Origin: Lepidodermella squamata
Taxonomy: Eukaryota > Animalia > Gastrotricha
Length of the DNA: 64,000 nucleotides
Assembly: GCA_047495785.1 (NCBI GenBank)
Contig: JBLDXI010000032.1
Location: 868,001-932,000, forward strand
Direction: 5' to 3'
Position numbers and translations under genes: made by a program. Below are positions 60,731 through 64,000 of this stretch, piece after piece (position 1 is the first letter of the stretch; each line of letters opens with the position of its first letter). The notes beneath the pieces are model-generated. The model ran no database searches. It had not been told where the DNA came from and was given only the letters and a program-made list of their open reading frames with translations.

Positions 60731-63700
60731 CTACACCGATTTCGAAGTATCCTCCGCGATTTGCTTATCTGTCTGCGGTTGAGCGAATCCGAAAAGTGTG
60801 ACATTCACGCTTGGCTGAATCAGGGTGGCCGGGTCGAGGGGTACGAGTTCGCCGAACGACAACGGTTTAGCCGGCATCGGGTCGAATAAAATCGATCTCA
60901 AATCGTTGCCCTGGCTATTCTGGCCCTGTTCCGACGATGTTTCCTCCATTATCTCCTCGCCTTCCTCGTCCTCGGGATTTCCAATCAACGCGTATTCGCC
61001 ATCCCCAGACGTGAATGACTCATCGATAACAATTCCGCCGAAATTCGCCTGAGTTGTAGTCGTCGATGTTGTTGTCGTTGAAGTTGTAGTGCTACTTTCC
61101 CGCTCCGTCGTTTTATTTTCAACATTTTTCAACTCAGACCGATGCGTTAAATCTTCATCGACAACCAGCATGAACTCGCCACTTTCAACCGCCGTCTCCT
61201 GCTGCTTCGATTTCGCCTCAACCGTTGACATAGCCGCTGAAAACACGGCAATCGGGCTTATCGAGCTCGTTTCTTCCGTCGTATTCTGCTCAATTGTCGT
61301 TAAGGTGGAATTTTCTAAAATGTCCACCTTAATAGTAGTCGACTCAATCGCTGTAGTCGTAGTTGTAGTAGCTTCAGTTGTTGTTGTAGTCGAAGTTATC
61401 GGCTCTTCCGTCGTCTCCAATTTTTTCGAAATAGGCGGCTCGACAGTTTTCGCTGTAGACACCCTGAGGATGTTCATCAAATTATTTTTGCGCCTATTCG
61501 CCTTTTTCAAATGCATGAAATTCGAATGATCCGGCTCGTTGATGTGTGTTGGCTCGTGAATTTCGTAGCGTAGCCAAAATCCGGCGTCTTGTTTGTTGAA
61601 GTCCGAGTGGAACCGGACGCGGAGCCGGCGGCCGCGGAGGGTGAACGGGGCGGGTAGGGCCTGGCCGCAGAGCCGGCGCCGGCCGTTGACGCCGATGACG
61701 GTTGATACGACGTCCGAGTTTTCGTTGATCATAACGCCGAATTTGTCGATGTTTTCCAGGGTCATGTCGTGGTCGTCGATTGGGATTTCGTAACCTTCGT
61801 TCGGTGTCGCGAGGCCGATTTCGACGAAATCGTACGGGCATGTCACTTGGCCGGTCGATGAAGCGTAACGGCCTTCGACTTGGAAGTGCATGAATGAAAC
61901 CGTGATGAGCTAAAAAAACACAGAAAATCACAATAATTTTAAGATTTCCTTTCGAGACATCTTTTAGGGTATCAAAACTATTGAAAAACGTAATTTTTCC
62001 AATATTAGTGATAACGCCGGCTTTTCAAAGAGATGATTAGACCTCGCACTGAAACTCACAATTATAGCAAATTTTATGGTAATTTACTTGGATTTTTTAG
62101 TAATTAAATTCCGAATATTCTGAAAAGGCAATTTTGGGCGAATCTATGATTGAAAATTAAGTCCTTATATGGTCGAATTCGGTCAAGCTAATCGAATTGA
62201 TTTTTCTCCAAGGAAATTCCGAATTACATTGGGAATTTCGAAAATATATGTGATTAGTTACTAATATTAATTTTTTGAAAAATGTCCCAATTTTTGAAAC
62301 TTGAATGAACTTGGGAATAGACGAATTTTTTCAGGGAGCTCGAAAACTTTCTAAAGATGAGCTTGAAAAATTCTACAGATGGTTAAAAAGTTTAAAGTTT
62401 AGAATCGGCGATGAATCGTGAGCCTATTCAACAACAGCGAAGTACGGAGGGAATTTTTCCATATTTTTATACTCGAAACGGCATTCCACAAGAAAATTCT
62501 AGATTTTGCGAGTTTACAGTTCATTTTAGGAAAAAACGGGATCTTTTTGTTTCTTGCTTATAGTTAGCCTTGTACATAGATAAGCCGGGAGCTTAGGAAC
62601 AATTTCAAAGCTTTTCGAAGTGAACAGAATTAAATAGAAATCGAACTTGAAGCTTGAAGCCTCAAATGAATCATAAGTCATTTTGAAATAATTGGGAAAT
62701 TTGCATTTTCAATCGCATTTTAAAGGGCGATAAATTCCTAAGTTCGATAAACAAATAAATTACCGCTGGGTGATCAAGTCCAGGGTCGACAATCCAGCCA
62801 CAATTGCTGTTCGGTGGATAAGCGTCTTGACCAAAGCTAAAAAGAAAGTCATTTTCTATCTTTAAAATCCTGAAATTTAAAAAATAATCTTACTTCGGGC
62901 TTCTAATTTCGCCATTCTTTTCGTGAAGAATCTGAGCCGTGCCTTCGCAGCCTGGGAACGGTAGAACAGCCGTATATTGAACGCGGAATCCTCGTCGCTC
63001 GCCGGAGAAATCGGACCGGAAAACCAGCAGTAGGGTATTCTGAGACGCCCGAATCGCCAGTGGCATGTTACCAGGGCCGCCCGAGCCGCAATACCGGCCG
63101 TAAGACCGCGCATCATCCGATGTGGCACCCTCGAAAATTTCAAGAAAATCGTAAGAACAACGCCGGTGGCCGTTGTAATTGTTGTTATTCACTCCATTAG
63201 GGGCATTTAGACCGTTTCCGAACGACGGCTGTTGGCCATGAGATTCAATCTAAGCCAAAAAGTTTGTAAAAAAGAATGCTCGAAAATAAAATAATTGAAA
63301 TTTACATCAAAATCGACGAAGGACAGCGATACGAAAAACGAATCTGGAACTCGGATCAGCCATCGGCACTTGAAAAAAAAAAAATAAATATTAAGTTAAA
63401 TTTGAAAAAGAATTGAATTAATATTTATAAAATTTTCTAATTTTTTGTAAATTTTTTGTAAAATTCAATTACCTCAGCATTAGATGGGTAACGTCCGTAG
63501 CCGAAATTAGGTGAAATAATTTCGCCAGTCCTTCCTTTGAGTTCCATAATACCACCATCGCAGCCTGGGCTAGCAGAAACGATCGAGTAGTTGGCTGAGA
63601 AGCCGAAATCTTCGCGGCTAAGATCGGACTGGAAAACGACGAAGAGGTAATTTGAAGCGGATCGGATGGGCACCTTCGGCAGGGCGCGACCACAGAAGCG

Positions 63701-64000
63701 ACCGACAACGGGCGCTGTTGGATCGCGGCCATCGAAAATTTCAACGTAATCGAAGGTGCAGCCTCGAGTTTCCAATCTGGAAAAAATCGAATTAAAATTA
63801 AAAATTACTTCAAAATTTAAAAAAAAATATTTTCAATTTTAAAATGTCCCAATATCAAAAATTCATAATTTCAAAAAATCCAGCTTAATTTTGGTTTTTT
63901 TCAAAAAATTTCAATTTTTAGTTGCATCAATTTACCCATATTCCAGACGAAGTTCTTCGAATTCGAATAACACTACTCGACCACGAGGCGCCGTAATAAG
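60731..64000 (-). CDS. Multi-CUB-domain secreted protein (cubilin/tolloid-like CUBs) with Thr/Glu-rich C-terminal tail; 5' end beyond window
   Basis: CUB motifs CTFDYVEIFDG...GRFCG...VVFQSD, GEIISPNFGYGRYPSNAE|CRWLIRV, CSYDFLEIFEG...GRYCG...FRSD, YPPNSNCGWIVD, CPYDFVEI...RLCG...VRFHSD; stop at 60731-60733. Confidence 0.88.

Overview
Eukaryotic, intron-rich invertebrate DNA with a compact gene layout (many 45-120 nt introns, AT-rich intron fill, CpG not obviously depleted; nematode-like but taxon not established). About 1-36 kb holds mostly conserved genes: RBM5/10-like (5'-partial), STAMBP/AMSH, a divergent class-A-like GPCR, NUDT1/MTH1, the Ca-channel beta subunit CACNB, and a tightly packed same-strand YARS2-RFT1-MPPE1-like cluster. 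Their large introns carry pogo, RTE and MITE debris. Two paralogous secreted, probably GPI-anchored genes combine degenerate VWA-like domains with Ly6/uPAR three-finger (LU) domains (9.5-12.1 kb and 40.0-47.5 kb). About 47.8-59.7 kb looks like an accessory island. It contains a Helitron helicase remnant and a Crypton-like tyrosine recombinase ORF whose 3' end is interrupted by a 582-bp fold-back element carrying two divergent tRNA-like Pol III cassettes (3-bp GTA target duplication). It also holds two orphan membrane-protein genes and a Ser/Thr kinase fused to ~28 near-identical, shuffled 34-aa ankyrin repeats. A multi-CUB protein gene runs off the right edge. All exon models were read by eye; no database search was possible.
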